This document shows, piece after piece, positions 44,564 through 58,062 of a stretch of 64,000 nt of DNA (the stretch's first letter is position 1; the number at the start of each line of letters is the position of its first letter). The notes below the pieces were generated by a model. It saw only the letters and a program-made list of their open reading frames with translations. It made no database searches and was not told the DNA's origin. Source of the stretch: Eledone cirrhosa. Lineage: Eukaryota. The DNA lies in assembly GCA_964016885.1 (NCBI GenBank), contig OZ024743.1, positions 216,256,001 to 216,320,000 on the forward strand. Reading direction: 5' to 3'. The position numbers and the translations under genes were made by a program.

Positions 44564-45283
44564 CATTCTCGGCTAAGTTTTGTGGCGATTCGAGGACACA
44601 GGGATACCATACAAAAATAATTCAGGGGATGGAAAAAAGCTAGCGCGGACTAAATTCCAAGCCATTGAAAACTTCACTACCTTGATGGTCAGTGGCAAAT
44701 TCAAAAGAATAAATCACTTGACATCGAGGTTAATCAGTGAGTAGTGGGGTGTTAAAAAGACAGTAGCCAAGTTTAATACTATGAACCGTAGTAGTAATTT
44801 AGGCAAATTTTTGCTCAACAAAATAACTTGAAGATAATTATAAAGAATTAGTATATCTACCAACATATTTATACAGATGTATACTTACGCTAGCAGATAT
44901 ATAGGTTTTGTCTTAGTAACTTTGTGGTTCAATACAAAGAGATGTAGAACAATTATATAAAAGACGTAAAATAAGAAAATTATACTAATTAACTTACTTA
45001 CTTTAATTTCACTCCAACTAATTAGTTTCTGAAAGGGGATATACATAGTCTCCAAATGGAGACCCTGGAGAATGCTTTCTTCATCAAGGAGTCAATCTCA
45101 GCTAAGATTCGTGGCGATTCGCGGACACAGGGATCCCATACAAAACTAATTCTGTGGATGGAAAAAAGCTAGCGCGGACTAAATTCCAACCCATTGAAAA
45201 CTTCACTGCCTTCATGGTCAGTGGCAAATTCAAAAGAATCAATCACGTGACATCGAGGTTAATCAGTGAGGAGTGGGGTGTTT

Positions 45284-45446
45284 AGTACTAGGAGTAGGAA
45301 GCTGTCATTCCCTGACGTTATCTCTAGGGATACGGGAATCAGCAGACAGGACCTGGAGGCAGCGATGGGGGACAGGGGATTCTGGGGCTTGAGAGTGGGA
45401 TCCATCATTTCGACAGTAGTCGACGAGTGATGTGATGATGATGATG
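45284..45446 (+). mobile_element. RTE LINE extreme 3' end with (GAT)n tail
   Basis: SRKLSFPDVISRDTGISRQDLEAAMGDRGFW...VDE* followed by (gat)n. Confidence 0.75.
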
Positions 45447-45706
45447 GTTCATAGTATTAAACTTGGCTACTGTCTTTTTAACACCCCACTCCTCACTGAT
45501 GAACCTCGATGTCACGTGATTGATTCTTTTGAATTTGGCACTGACCATGAATCAGTGAAGTTTTCAATGGCTTCGAATTTAGTCCGCGCTAGATTTTTTC
45601 CACCCACTGAATTAGTTTTGTATTGGATCCCTGTGTCCGCGAATCGCCAGGAATCTTAGCCGTTACATATGTGTGTTTTTATTTTTTTGTGTTATTCATG
45701 TGTTTA

Positions 45707-46340
45707 CTAGCAGTTTAGCCCGGCGTTGCTGCGGTTTGTTCATTTGCTATAAAAAAGTTACATACAGGTAAACGTGGCTTGAAAGGGAATAAGCTTACCA
45801 ATTATGTGCATAAAGCAGTTGAACCGGTTATTAAAAGTTGCGAAGCAATTAGCATTTTGGACAATCAATAATGGGTTAATAATCTTCCAATAGCGAATTT
45901 AGCAGACCAAAGTTGCAAGATGGTGGCCCTGATGCCACTGGGTGTCAGATCTCTCCGCCATGGGTAACCCTACCAGGAAATAGTTTCCAGATGGCGTAGC
46001 TCCAATACCTGCACCAACATCTATAGCACCTCTTTGTAGACGATATTGCGTGTCATCACTTGAGGAGTGTAAGCAAAAAGTCCATTCCTGCTCCCTACGC
46101 GCGAACAGGCAACATAAAGTTGGCCATGGGAGAAGCATAGCTCCCCCAAATGGATGCCAGCCCCCGACAATGTATGCCCATGTGACTTGTTAATGGACAT
46201 GAGGAAACATGGTCTAACCGGGAATTGGGATCGCCGGAAATCGAACGGGATATCTGACGCCGAGGGGGAAAGGTTCATCCTTGGCAGTGTATTCGGCAGA
46301 ATTGCCGGAAGTACAGCACTATGGGTGTTGTCATTAATAT
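45707..46340 (-). mobile_element. Helitron 3' portion: PIF1-type helicase C-terminus and 3' hairpin-CTAG end
   Basis: PRMNLSP..DIPFDFRRSQFPVR.CF.MSINKSHG.TL...FSHGQLYVACSRV...NIVYKEVL; ends ccgcagcaacgccggg...CTAG|T at 45707. Confidence 0.9.
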
Positions 46341-47195
46341 TTAACCAATGAAAGTCGTAAAAAATAAATAATTTAAACATTTCGATTCATATGTTTATAG
46401 CATTAATCTGTTATATGAAAAGTTATTTTGCGGGTTGTTATATGCAATAAACCAATTTAAAATACCCCAGAAAAGCCGAATGTTAATATGGAACTCCAAT
46501 GACGCCCCCAGCAGTTGAATTATAGAGAGGTGGAATCATCTATTATAGAGAGAGGGAAGAGCGATGGAGAGAGTAAAGCTAATAAACTATAGGTAGGTGG
46601 GTAAAACAATGTTGTCATATCGAGAGTGAAGAGCGACGAAGAGAATAAAGCTGAGACATTTATGTTTATTGCCTCTGTGATTTGTCTAAACATTGCGTCT
46701 TTGCTGTGTGTAGATTCTATTTTTAGGCAATAAACATAAATGAACTCCAACCAAAATTAAATAGAAAACATGAATGGAACAGCAACATCACAACTTACAA
46801 TTAAGGACAAAATGAAAACATACACGCACATAGAACAAACAACCAACCAGTAATATGTAAATAAAGAAATAAATAAACAAATATAAACACACACAGACAC
46901 CCGGATGTAACACATACGCAAACTAAGCACACAACACACACAAACACAAGATGGTTTAGGACAGAAAAAAGGAGAGGCACAAAAACAAAGAAAAGAATCC
47001 CCAGTTATTGAAGAGGTCACAGAATGTGTGACAAAAGAACTTTGACAATATATAAAAAATCAGCTGGTTGTGGAACCAACGAACCAACCGGAAATTTATA
47101 AATTCTTAAACTTATAAATTTATTATAATGAATTGAAGTGAAAGAAACAGGTGCCTGTATTTCTTATTGGCAACATGACCCTCCAAAGTATAACA

Positions 47196-47231
<36 letters not shown>

Positions 47232-47315
47232 GTATATATATATATATACATATATATATATCTATACATATATATATATATATATAAATATATATGTATG
47301 TATGTATATATATAA

Positions 47316-48200
<885 letters not shown>

Positions 48201-48209
48201 TATACATAA

Positions 48210-48250
<41 letters not shown>

Positions 48251-48257
48251 TATATAA

Positions 48258-48335
<78 letters not shown>

Positions 48336-48488
48336 AAATGGGGAGAAGAATACTGCAGGTTGCACATGGATAACATGTTATAAAATGAGTCCCTCATCAG
48401 TGATTTGCCAACGATCATATATATATATATATATATTATAATGAAATGAAAGGAGGCTGGACTTGTTTAAATCCTTGAAACGTTTATT

Positions 48489-48546
48489 ATACTATGATTA
48501 TTTCAATGACCGGGTTCCGTATGAATCTGGTGATATTATCAGGTAT
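48489..48546 (-). ncRNA. Degenerate hammerhead in (TA)n-bounded module 48435-48655
   Basis: atac-CTGATAA...GAAA-taatca-TA-gtat followed by AATAAA; G8 is lost. Confidence 0.5.
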
Positions 48547-48656
48547 TCGAAATATAATAAGTTAATGTAATAGATAAAATCCATGGGGTTGAAAATCAAA
48601 GACGCGAGGACGACCGCCATCCAGCATATTCCACCTTTGCCGGTCGCCCTCACGTG

Positions 48657-48742
<86 letters not shown>

Positions 48743-48792
48743 GATATATTTATATATATATATATTTATATATATATATATATGTGTGTGTG

Positions 48793-48931
<139 letters not shown>

Positions 48932-49620
48932 ATATACATGTATGTATATATTAGAACAATTATCACCGTCGCTCTATCTCAAATTTATTTTTGAAAAGCA
49001 TTAAAAATGCGCAAGCGGTAAAAACTTAACACCAAAACCGAATACTGACCAATACTCATTACTAATTTTTACTTATTCCTAATTAAACTATTTTTCACTG
49101 GGAACAATTTGTCAGCATTTTCTTTTCGTTTTACATATATATATATATACACTCGTTTTCGAGTACGGCGACTACTTTATATCCATGTAGGAGAACCCCT
49201 ACTGATGCGCTGAGTGAGTGTGACTTTTTAATCCAGCCACGACTTGAAAACTCTGGTACAAACACTACACTTGTGACAATTATTGACACATAGTGCTGGG
49301 CCCATGGTACCATTTGACGACAGGTGCAGAGAGATCTCCAGCTATAAATCAATGCCTGTGCCGTGAAGCTTTTATAGTAAGCAAAGGCACTGGACAAAGC
49401 CAGTCCCACTCTCTTAACCAAGATTATATTTACCAAGAAGTAGAACAAGTTAACATCATGGATACCATCAGGTTTGCAGGTGTTATATCAGAGTTTTCCT
49501 TCTCCTAGAATTCTGCCTTGACAAAGGCTAAGGTGTCATATCTCCCGGTGATTTTGTATGGCCATTGACTCTTAAGAGCTCCTTTGTCCTTTGACAAGCT
49601 TTATTTTTAGTCCTGTAGGA

Positions 49621-50561
49621 CAGTGGTCGCCAACATGGGTTCCGTAAAACAAACTCCGAGTTCCTTAAAAAAATAAATATTTACATTGCCATTAATATTT
49701 TGGGTTTTCTGAAAAAGGTGCAAAGAAAATGACAAAGGTGCAATGTATAAATGAACGAGTACTACTGTAGTGTACACAAGTTCTCCACTCGAATTCGTGG
49801 AAAACACTACTTTCAGTTTCTCACTTGAATTAGCAGAAAATAACTGTTCTGAGATTCGTGGAAATTGAATACTTTCAATTGCACATCAATTCACATCAAT
49901 TTTTTGATTTCCATGTGTCTAACACACGTGGGCATGCCCACATAGTCAGAAAACAGCATGACTTTCGGAAACATTTTTTCACGCTCAGAGTTGCTGAAGC
50001 ATGGAACAAACTGCCTGCATCGGTTGTTAGCTGTCGAGACACTGCATCCTTTAAGGCCTCCATGCTTCCCGAGATCCGCCAACACTACACCTAATGTTCC
50101 CCTCCATACACATACACACATGTATACCATGACTCATACACTATTCACTTCCCTGACATTTGTGTATTATTTTATGTACTATACATACACCTTTGACGAG
50201 TTGTAGTGCACCTGAGCACTTTACACAATAATTTCATTATTATTATTCGTGGAAAGACATAGTTTTCTGAATTCCGAGAATTTGACTACTACTGATAATA
50301 CACTAATTGAACTTAGAAATTGACCAATCACAAACAAGTAAATGTTGGTCGGTGACAGCATAACTTTAAACTGAAAACTTCAGTTCAGCGAGGTCTCTCA
50401 GCCGAGAGACTGGGTCAGTTCGCTGTTCTCACAACGTAAGTTCACTAAAATAAATAAATACTTTATTATTTTTTTTTTAAAAGACTTGTATTGTATAGGT
50501 TCCGTGAAGAATTCAAAATATTTAGAGGGTTCCTCGGTTTTAGAAAGGTTGGCGACCACTG
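49621..50561. mobile_element. hAT-type MITE
   Basis: 14-bp TIR CAGTGGTCGCCAAC at both ends; exact 8-bp TSD CTGTAGGA at 49613-49620 and 50562-50569. Confidence 0.92.
49865..50244 (+). mobile_element. CR1/L2-group LINE 3' fragment
   Basis: NTRGH...RKHFFTLRVAEAWNKLPASVV....ASFK; (ATT)n tail; 11-bp TSD attcgtggaaa at 49854-49864 and 50245-50255. Confidence 0.88.
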
Positions 50562-50694
50562 CTGTAGGATGTCCAAAGTCACCCTCCTCACAAAGAAACC
50601 TTGGCGGGGTTCCCAGTTTAGTCGCCAACAACCCGACCATGAGACATGTTGTAATGGGATACATATTACCAGTAGCACCAACTGGTGATCTGAC

Positions 50695-50739
<45 letters not shown>

Positions 50740-50807
50740 CAAGGTCTAGCAAATAGAGAGAAAGTTTTAAAATAAATTTTAAAAAGTCCGCTGTACTTAC
50801 TATATGC

Positions 50808-50891
50808 GCCTTTACCGCGCGGTTTCAAATCCCAAAATTAACGGATAATCCAAGCGGACTTATATTGAGAAGGGCACTCTCTTCAGAAGGC
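50808..50891 (-). ncRNA. Type I hammerhead (family C, module 50735-51240)
   Basis: gcctt-CTGAAGA-gagtgccc...gggattt-GAAA-ccgcgcgg-TA-aaggc; GUA site. Confidence 0.8.
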
Positions 50892-51699
50892 TCTTCTCGC
50901 TCGGAGATTATAAAATTCCCGTGTTCAAATCACAAACTGACACCATAAAAAACTGTTCCCGGATGAGAGTGAATAAGGAAAGGAATGATCTTGTCTAGTG
51001 CCGTGTGTAAAGACAGAAGGCAGGGTGGACAGGTCAATGTCCTGCCACTAGAAATAGCAGCAGTTCAAACGACCAAATGTTATCTCAACCTTAGCGGAGA
51101 TTAATAATGATAAAGTATGTGTTCCTACGAGTAAAAAATACATATAGGGAAACAAGTATTATCCAATCGTATGCCAATGTGGTTCTATGGCGGGTTAATA
51201 AATTAACAAGCCAGAACATATAAAATCAAGATCTAGCAAATATATATATATATATACATATATGTAATAGGAAAGAGTAGGACCCCGACGCCTGAGTTCA
51301 AGCCGTTTCGACGGCTAATTCTGGACTAAAATATATGTATATATATATATATATATATATACACACGAAAGTCGGCTGACAAGTTCTTAGGCTGACCAAG
51401 ACACTCTCATGGAGAGACCCAATGAGATATATTCTTCTACATAGAACATGGAAAGACACAATGCATTGATCAATAGAAGAGTTGAAATTAATGCATACAC
51501 GATTTGATACCATTAGCATCACAACATAATATTTATATATATATATATATTTATATATATATGGGGAGTATGGAATTATATGTTTATGTATGCGTGTGTC
51601 TGTAAATTTTACTCAATATGAGACGATTGGAACATTTTCACTTTCTAGTAATAATAAAGTGTACCTTAATATTATGGGAAACTTACGTATGCATGAGCA

Positions 51700-51892
51700 A
51701 TAATAATTGTTTCTGCTTTTGGCACAAGGCCAGCAATTATCAAGTGAATTACTGGTACTTTATTTTATCGACTCCGTAAGGATAAAAGGCAGAGTTAACT
51801 TCGACGGGATTTAAACACAGAATGGAAAGAGCCGTAACTCTATGCGCCAAAGCATGTCGTCCGACCTTCTATGGATACGGCCAATCCACCAT
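51700..51892 (-). mobile_element. OK-type SINE
   Basis: Same consensus as other copies. Confidence 0.85.
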
Positions 51893-52253
51893 GAGCAATA
51901 TTAACGGTTCATGTCTTCATTATCTCAAGTGACTTTATAGGAATGACATCATATTTTTAATTAGAAACGTGAAGGGTAACACAACAGTTTGTCATTAGAT
52001 TTAAGTATTCTTAGAAAATTATATAGAAGTTACAAACATATTCATACATTCCTCAATAGGTGTAATAAGATGCCCCTACAAACGTTCATAAATGTTCTCA
52101 TATATCTCTTCACAAATATATAGAGAAATATTCCTATATTTAAAATGGCTTAACCAAAACTATTTGTATATACATTCGCACTTAGATACATACTCACATG
52201 AGTTACGATTTAATATATCTATAATTGTCTGTCTCTTCTCTTATTTTCTTCTT

Positions 52254-52308
<55 letters not shown>

Positions 52309-52464
52309 CGAATGAAATGTGGTAAGGAACCAGGTGGACCATAATGCACCAAATTACTCAATACTTTGGGAAGTAGAGTGGGTAATAGGAACGAGTCGGA
52401 CCCCGACGGCTGAGCTCAAGCCGTTTCGACGGCTATTAGCTCAGCCGTCGGGGTCCTACTCTTT

Positions 52465-52578
<114 letters not shown>

Positions 52579-52583
52579 TATAC

Positions 52584-52662
<79 letters not shown>

Positions 52663-52785
52663 GGAGGTGAGTTTTATTGTAGTAGAATAAAGCAATGCAG
52701 ATATCGGATAAGAAGCACTCTACAGTTTGTAGGACTGGAGTATGCATAATATATAAGATCAAAAGATGGTTAAAAGAGTTCCATG

Positions 52786-52856
52786 TATTTTATTATGCGC
52801 ATTTCAAAAACAAATATCATCATGCAATAACATTTGTGTTTTCATCAGTTAAAATA
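52786..52856 (-). ncRNA. Type I hammerhead inside a fold-back module (arms ~52746-52780 / 52954-52988)
   Basis: tattttaa-CTGATGA-aaacacaaatgttat...atgatatttgttttt-GAAA-tgcgca-TA-ataaaata. Confidence 0.75.
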
Positions 52857-53052
52857 GGAAGACCTGATATGAAGGTTAAAAAACACTTGTGAATAGTGCA
52901 GTTTTAAATCAACGTGTTGATTTAAAACTGCACTATTAGATATATTAAATCGTAACTCTTTTAACCATCTTTTGATCTTATATATTATATATATATATAT
53001 ACATGCATATATACAAATATATATTGTGTGTGTGCATGTTTGTATGTTTGTG

Positions 53053-53114
<62 letters not shown>

Positions 53115-53151
53115 TACACGTATATACATATATACATATACATATACACAT

Positions 53152-53295
<144 letters not shown>

Positions 53296-55613
53296 TATAA
53301 ATATTGATATTTACATTTACGCCTATATCGAAATATTCATATGCTAGATTGAACGTATAATTTACATATCACTGGTCATTTCCACCGGCTGCATAGCCAT
53401 TTTATATTGGAATTGAATGCAATCCTTTTCATTCAGATCATAGTGATTTTTTGAATTAATTTTATACATGCTCATACTGTTCAATGATTCATTTTCTAAT
53501 TGTAACTAACCACTATGCACTGGGTTAAATCAATAAGAAATTCCAATATAATATTTTCTCTAAAACTACAAATTTGTTTCAACATGCATTCGCTCCTGTA
53601 GTTTGGTATACTGCCTTTTAGAAACATCTCGATTTCTTTTTCAATTTTTCACTCACTAAACTCGTTTTTCGTGTAAGTTAAATTTTCATTTGTGCTGCCT
53701 CAACATTTTCAGGAACTCATTGCTGAAACCAGTTCTGGATTGTGTGTACGTGCATGTGCTAATGTCCTAATGAGTTTCTATGAGTGCATATATGTATGTG
53801 TGTATCTGTGCGTGTGAGATGTTATGATGAATTATCGTCCCTGAAAATCACAGACTAATTTCATGCCTTACTAATTTCATGCCTTACTCGTAGAAATATT
53901 TTGGGCATTATAGTATACTGAAAGCACTGAATTTTATTTATGGTAATTTATATGTATTTTACTGAAACTCTGATAAACTTGAAAACCTCGAACATATTCC
54001 GAATATCTGGTTTCGTACAGTAGAATGTAGAAATGTAAATAAAATTCCCCTCACAATGTCAATACTGCGCTTCAAAGAAGTTACTGAATATATCTGTACA
54101 AGAACGAGATTATGGTGCCGATGTGGGATTGCCCTTGGTTTACAAACTGAAAAACTCTCACGTTGGAATGAAAACAATAAATAAACTTATTGTAGATTTT
54201 GTCCGAAACCTTCTATACATTATTGATACATTCCTGGAATTTGATTCTAAATATTTTGTTTCCATATAAAATATGCTTAATCTAGGCCATTCTTCGTTTA
54301 TCTTTAGTATTTCAACATATAATTATGCACATATCCTCTGGTTATATTTGAAGTTAAATTCATTAATTCCCATACATAGTTTCGAGAGAATGTCTAATTT
54401 GCTGCAGGGAAAGTGTATAGTATTAGTTTGTATTAAGAATGTTTCAGCTACATTCATTCTTGTAATAAGATATTACCTTAAGGCTTCTATAAACGTATAT
54501 TTGTATAATAATTAAAACAACTCATTAATTATGAAAAACATCTCTTTCAATCCTTCATCGGCATATCTGAATATTATTATTTCGTACAACGGCATAACAC
54601 ATGGGTCTTCCAGGGAATTTTATCAATTCCATTCCCTGAATTTTACATATTTTATACCTTCTAGAAACATAGCATGTAAATGTCGTTTAAGCTGGATTTA
54701 ACTAACGTAAAGTTAGAGTCCAGCGTAGTATAGTGTGTTGAAACAATTCTATCATTTTGATATTATACAAACATTTTGTAGAGAAATCTGCCCTTAAAAT
54801 CTAAAACAAATAGGGACATATCTCTAATAAGACCAGTCGACCGAAATATTGAAAAATAAACTCATTTTGTATTTGAATGGATGAAATAAATATATTTCCA
54901 GGATTTACTGGTATAATGTAACCGAAAGATGCGAACAATTGAATTTAGAATTATTTTGTAGCGTACTCATAGTAATACAAAGCAACATGACTAAATACCG
55001 GGAATCATCTAATCCAAAGGTTCTCAACAGAGGGCCAAGGGGCGTTTTGGAGCAAGGGGGGCGTTATGTGTGCGTTTGAAGCTTTGCGGGCGCTCAGAAG
55101 GGCACTGGAAAGCTATTTACTTAAGTAAATTTTATAAGCCATATTTGTAAGTCTCTGAGACAGCCATTGTGAATGCATTTGTATGAAGAAAACGAAGAAA
55201 ATAAATAAAAGGAGTTTGTCAACAAATTCCCTGGGGTGATAAAAGAAAAGCGAAAGAAATCAAATAAACTGAAAATAAGGACACCTTCAACATTGATAAC
55301 AGTTACAAGAACAACAGAAACGACAAGAAAAGGAAGCAATGGTGATGAAAGGTGTGGGTATATACATTTACATGCATACAATCATACACACACATGCAAA
55401 CGTACATACATACATACATACACGCACAGACCGGCGTTGGTGTTTGATGATGGTGAGAACCTGGTCAGCTTTCAGCCAGAGCTGTTGTATTTAATCTCCC
55501 TAGCTAATGATACCTGTGGACAAAATATTCTCCTTACCAAAAAAAAAACAAAACATAAATCAAGTCAACACCCTTATACACTTAAATATAAATACATGTA
55601 TATATATATATAA

Positions 55614-55692
<79 letters not shown>

Positions 55693-56273
55693 AATGTGTA
55701 AATGCATAGCTATATACATAGGTAAATCTATATGTATATATGTATGTATATATAGGGAGAGATGACCCCTTAGCCTTTGTCAAGGCAGAATTCTAGGAGA
55801 AGGAAAACTCTGATATAACACCTGCAACTCTGATGGTATCCAATGATGTTGACTTGTTCTTCTTTTTGGTAATATCATCTTGGTTAAGAGAGTGGGACTG
55901 GCTTTGTGCAGTGCCTTTGCTCACTATAAAAGCATCACGGCACAGGCATTGCTTTATATCTGGAGATCTCTCTGCACTTGTCGTCAAATGGTACCATGGG
56001 CCCAGCACTATGTGTCAATAATTGTCACAAGTGTAGTGTTTGTACCAGAGTTTTCAAGTCGCTGGCTGGACTAACAAGTCACACTCGTTCAGCGTATCGG
56101 TGGTGCTTCTCCTACATGGATATAAAGTAGTGGCCGTACTCGAAAACGAGTTGGCAGCCACCATATATATATATATATACCGAACGATGGAATTGTGGTA
56201 GGGAACGCACCAAAATACACAATACTCAGGGTAGTAGAGTGGGTAATAGGAACAATTATGAGAAGTACTTGTT

Positions 56274-57006
<733 letters not shown>

Positions 57007-57222
57007 TATTTACGAATCGAGAAAGAGAAAAAATGGGGGGGATAGGTGATACATATAGTTATTTGCCAAGTAGCGTATGCCAAAGGTGCTCGATACTAGT
57101 GCCGGCAGTATTAAATATTCAAAGTGTTAATATTTAGTGGGCTAGAGAGTTAGCAGAGCGTAAGCACGTGGGAAAGTAAAAGAATCGGAGAATAGACCGT
57201 TAAAACATGTTTATTTAAAACA

Positions 57223-57262
57223 GCACCTACGTACGTTTCGCCCAGTTGGGCTTCTCAATGGC
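57223..57262 (-). ncRNA. pLTR hammerhead, U3-A8 variant; inverted copy on plus at 59721-59760
   Basis: TTGAGAA-gccc/aact/gggc-GAAA-cgtacg-TA-ggtgc, followed by AATAAA. Confidence 0.8.
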
Positions 57263-57507
57263 ATAAATAATCACAAGTGTTCCTTATATTGCTCGGAAAG
57301 AGTTTTGGGGGTTAAATCCACATCAAGGTTTATTGCTCGCAAAAATATCTTGTTTTGATTTTGCAGCAGGTCAAGGGAGGTAACTCTTGCCGCATCTGTT
57401 TGTCTGAGGCTGGGTCTGGTATGCAAGGATTGTTTCCTGGGTGTTGTTTTGCACCGCCTGCCCGCCGGGGTGTTAAGACTTGTTGCAGGGAGATCCGGTG
57501 TACGGTT

Positions 57508-58062
57508 TCACACTTCATCTTTAACCCATCTGAAGAAGGATATTTTTAAACGATGTGTACAACTTATTGCTGTTTCAGCTCTGCTGTTGATGAGCTCGTG
57601 GGGTGCAGTTATGATGTGGTAGAGCTCCATGAGGCAAAGATCGCATTTCCTCTTGAAGTTGTACGGTGCAGCCCTGCTAACAATCTCCCAGTGCGTGGAG
57701 AAGCTGATGTTTAAGTCCTTTAGTGATGTGATGTAGTCCGCGAGCGAAGTGGAGTGCCTTAGTTTTCTATTTGTGGAAAAGTGGAGATGTGTTCGAAACC
57801 TAATTTTGAACGGGCCGGAGGTAGCCCCTATATAATGTTTAACGATATTGTGGCTAGTAATATTGCATCTATATATAACCCTATCAGTCAAGCAGTATCC
57901 TCTAAGGGGGCAGCGTCCTCTGTCATGGCAGTTGCAATTTCTGTCGCGGTTCCGTCTATTTCCCACGGTAAGGCTATCATTTTTGCTGCCTACGCTACCG
58001 CAGCTGTCGTTAGCACCATTACAACCGACATCACGCGGGGTGGTGCGATTGTTATCCGCACG
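57508..58062 (-). CDS. PLE GIY-YIG endonuclease domain, frameshifted from the RT
   Basis: CNC....RCPLRGYCL...VIY...YIGAT...FKIR...H...TSL..YI..LK...W....CDLCLME...N.R.E...CTH. Confidence 0.9.
   Translation of the reverse strand, partial: RADNNRTTPRDVGCNGANDSCGSVGSKNDSLTVGNRRNRDRNCNCHDRGRCPLRGYCLTDRVIYRCNITSHNIVKHYIGATSGPFKIRFRTHLHFSTNRKLRHSTSLADYITSLKDLNISFSTHWEIVSRAAPYNFKRKCDLCLMELYHIITAPHELINSRAETAISCTHRLKISFFRWVKDEV

Larger units (their letters stand above)
43810..45662 (-). mobile_element. Family J relative: ~2.8 tandem ~530-bp HHR units plus an inverted arm (45445-45662)
   Basis: Units recur at ~43815, ~44345 and ~44875; HHR intact at 44483-44563, mutated in the other two units. Confidence 0.9.
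49150..50697 (-). mobile_element. Family P non-coding element in (TA)n, interrupted by the hAT MITE; second copy on plus at 55760-56160
   Basis: 49150-49545 is the reverse-complement homolog of 55765-56150; ttagcc...aaggca...ctaggagaaggaaaactctga resembles RTE 5'-UTR sequence (recalled, not searched). Confidence 0.65.

Noticed and set aside
49195-49265. Possible HHR in family P
   Set aside because: Core is non-canonical and there is no stem I pairing in either copy
57280-57335. Candidate SECIS in the Naiad 3' region
   Set aside because: Spacing to the AA and the 3' GA pair do not fit by eye; needs SECISearch
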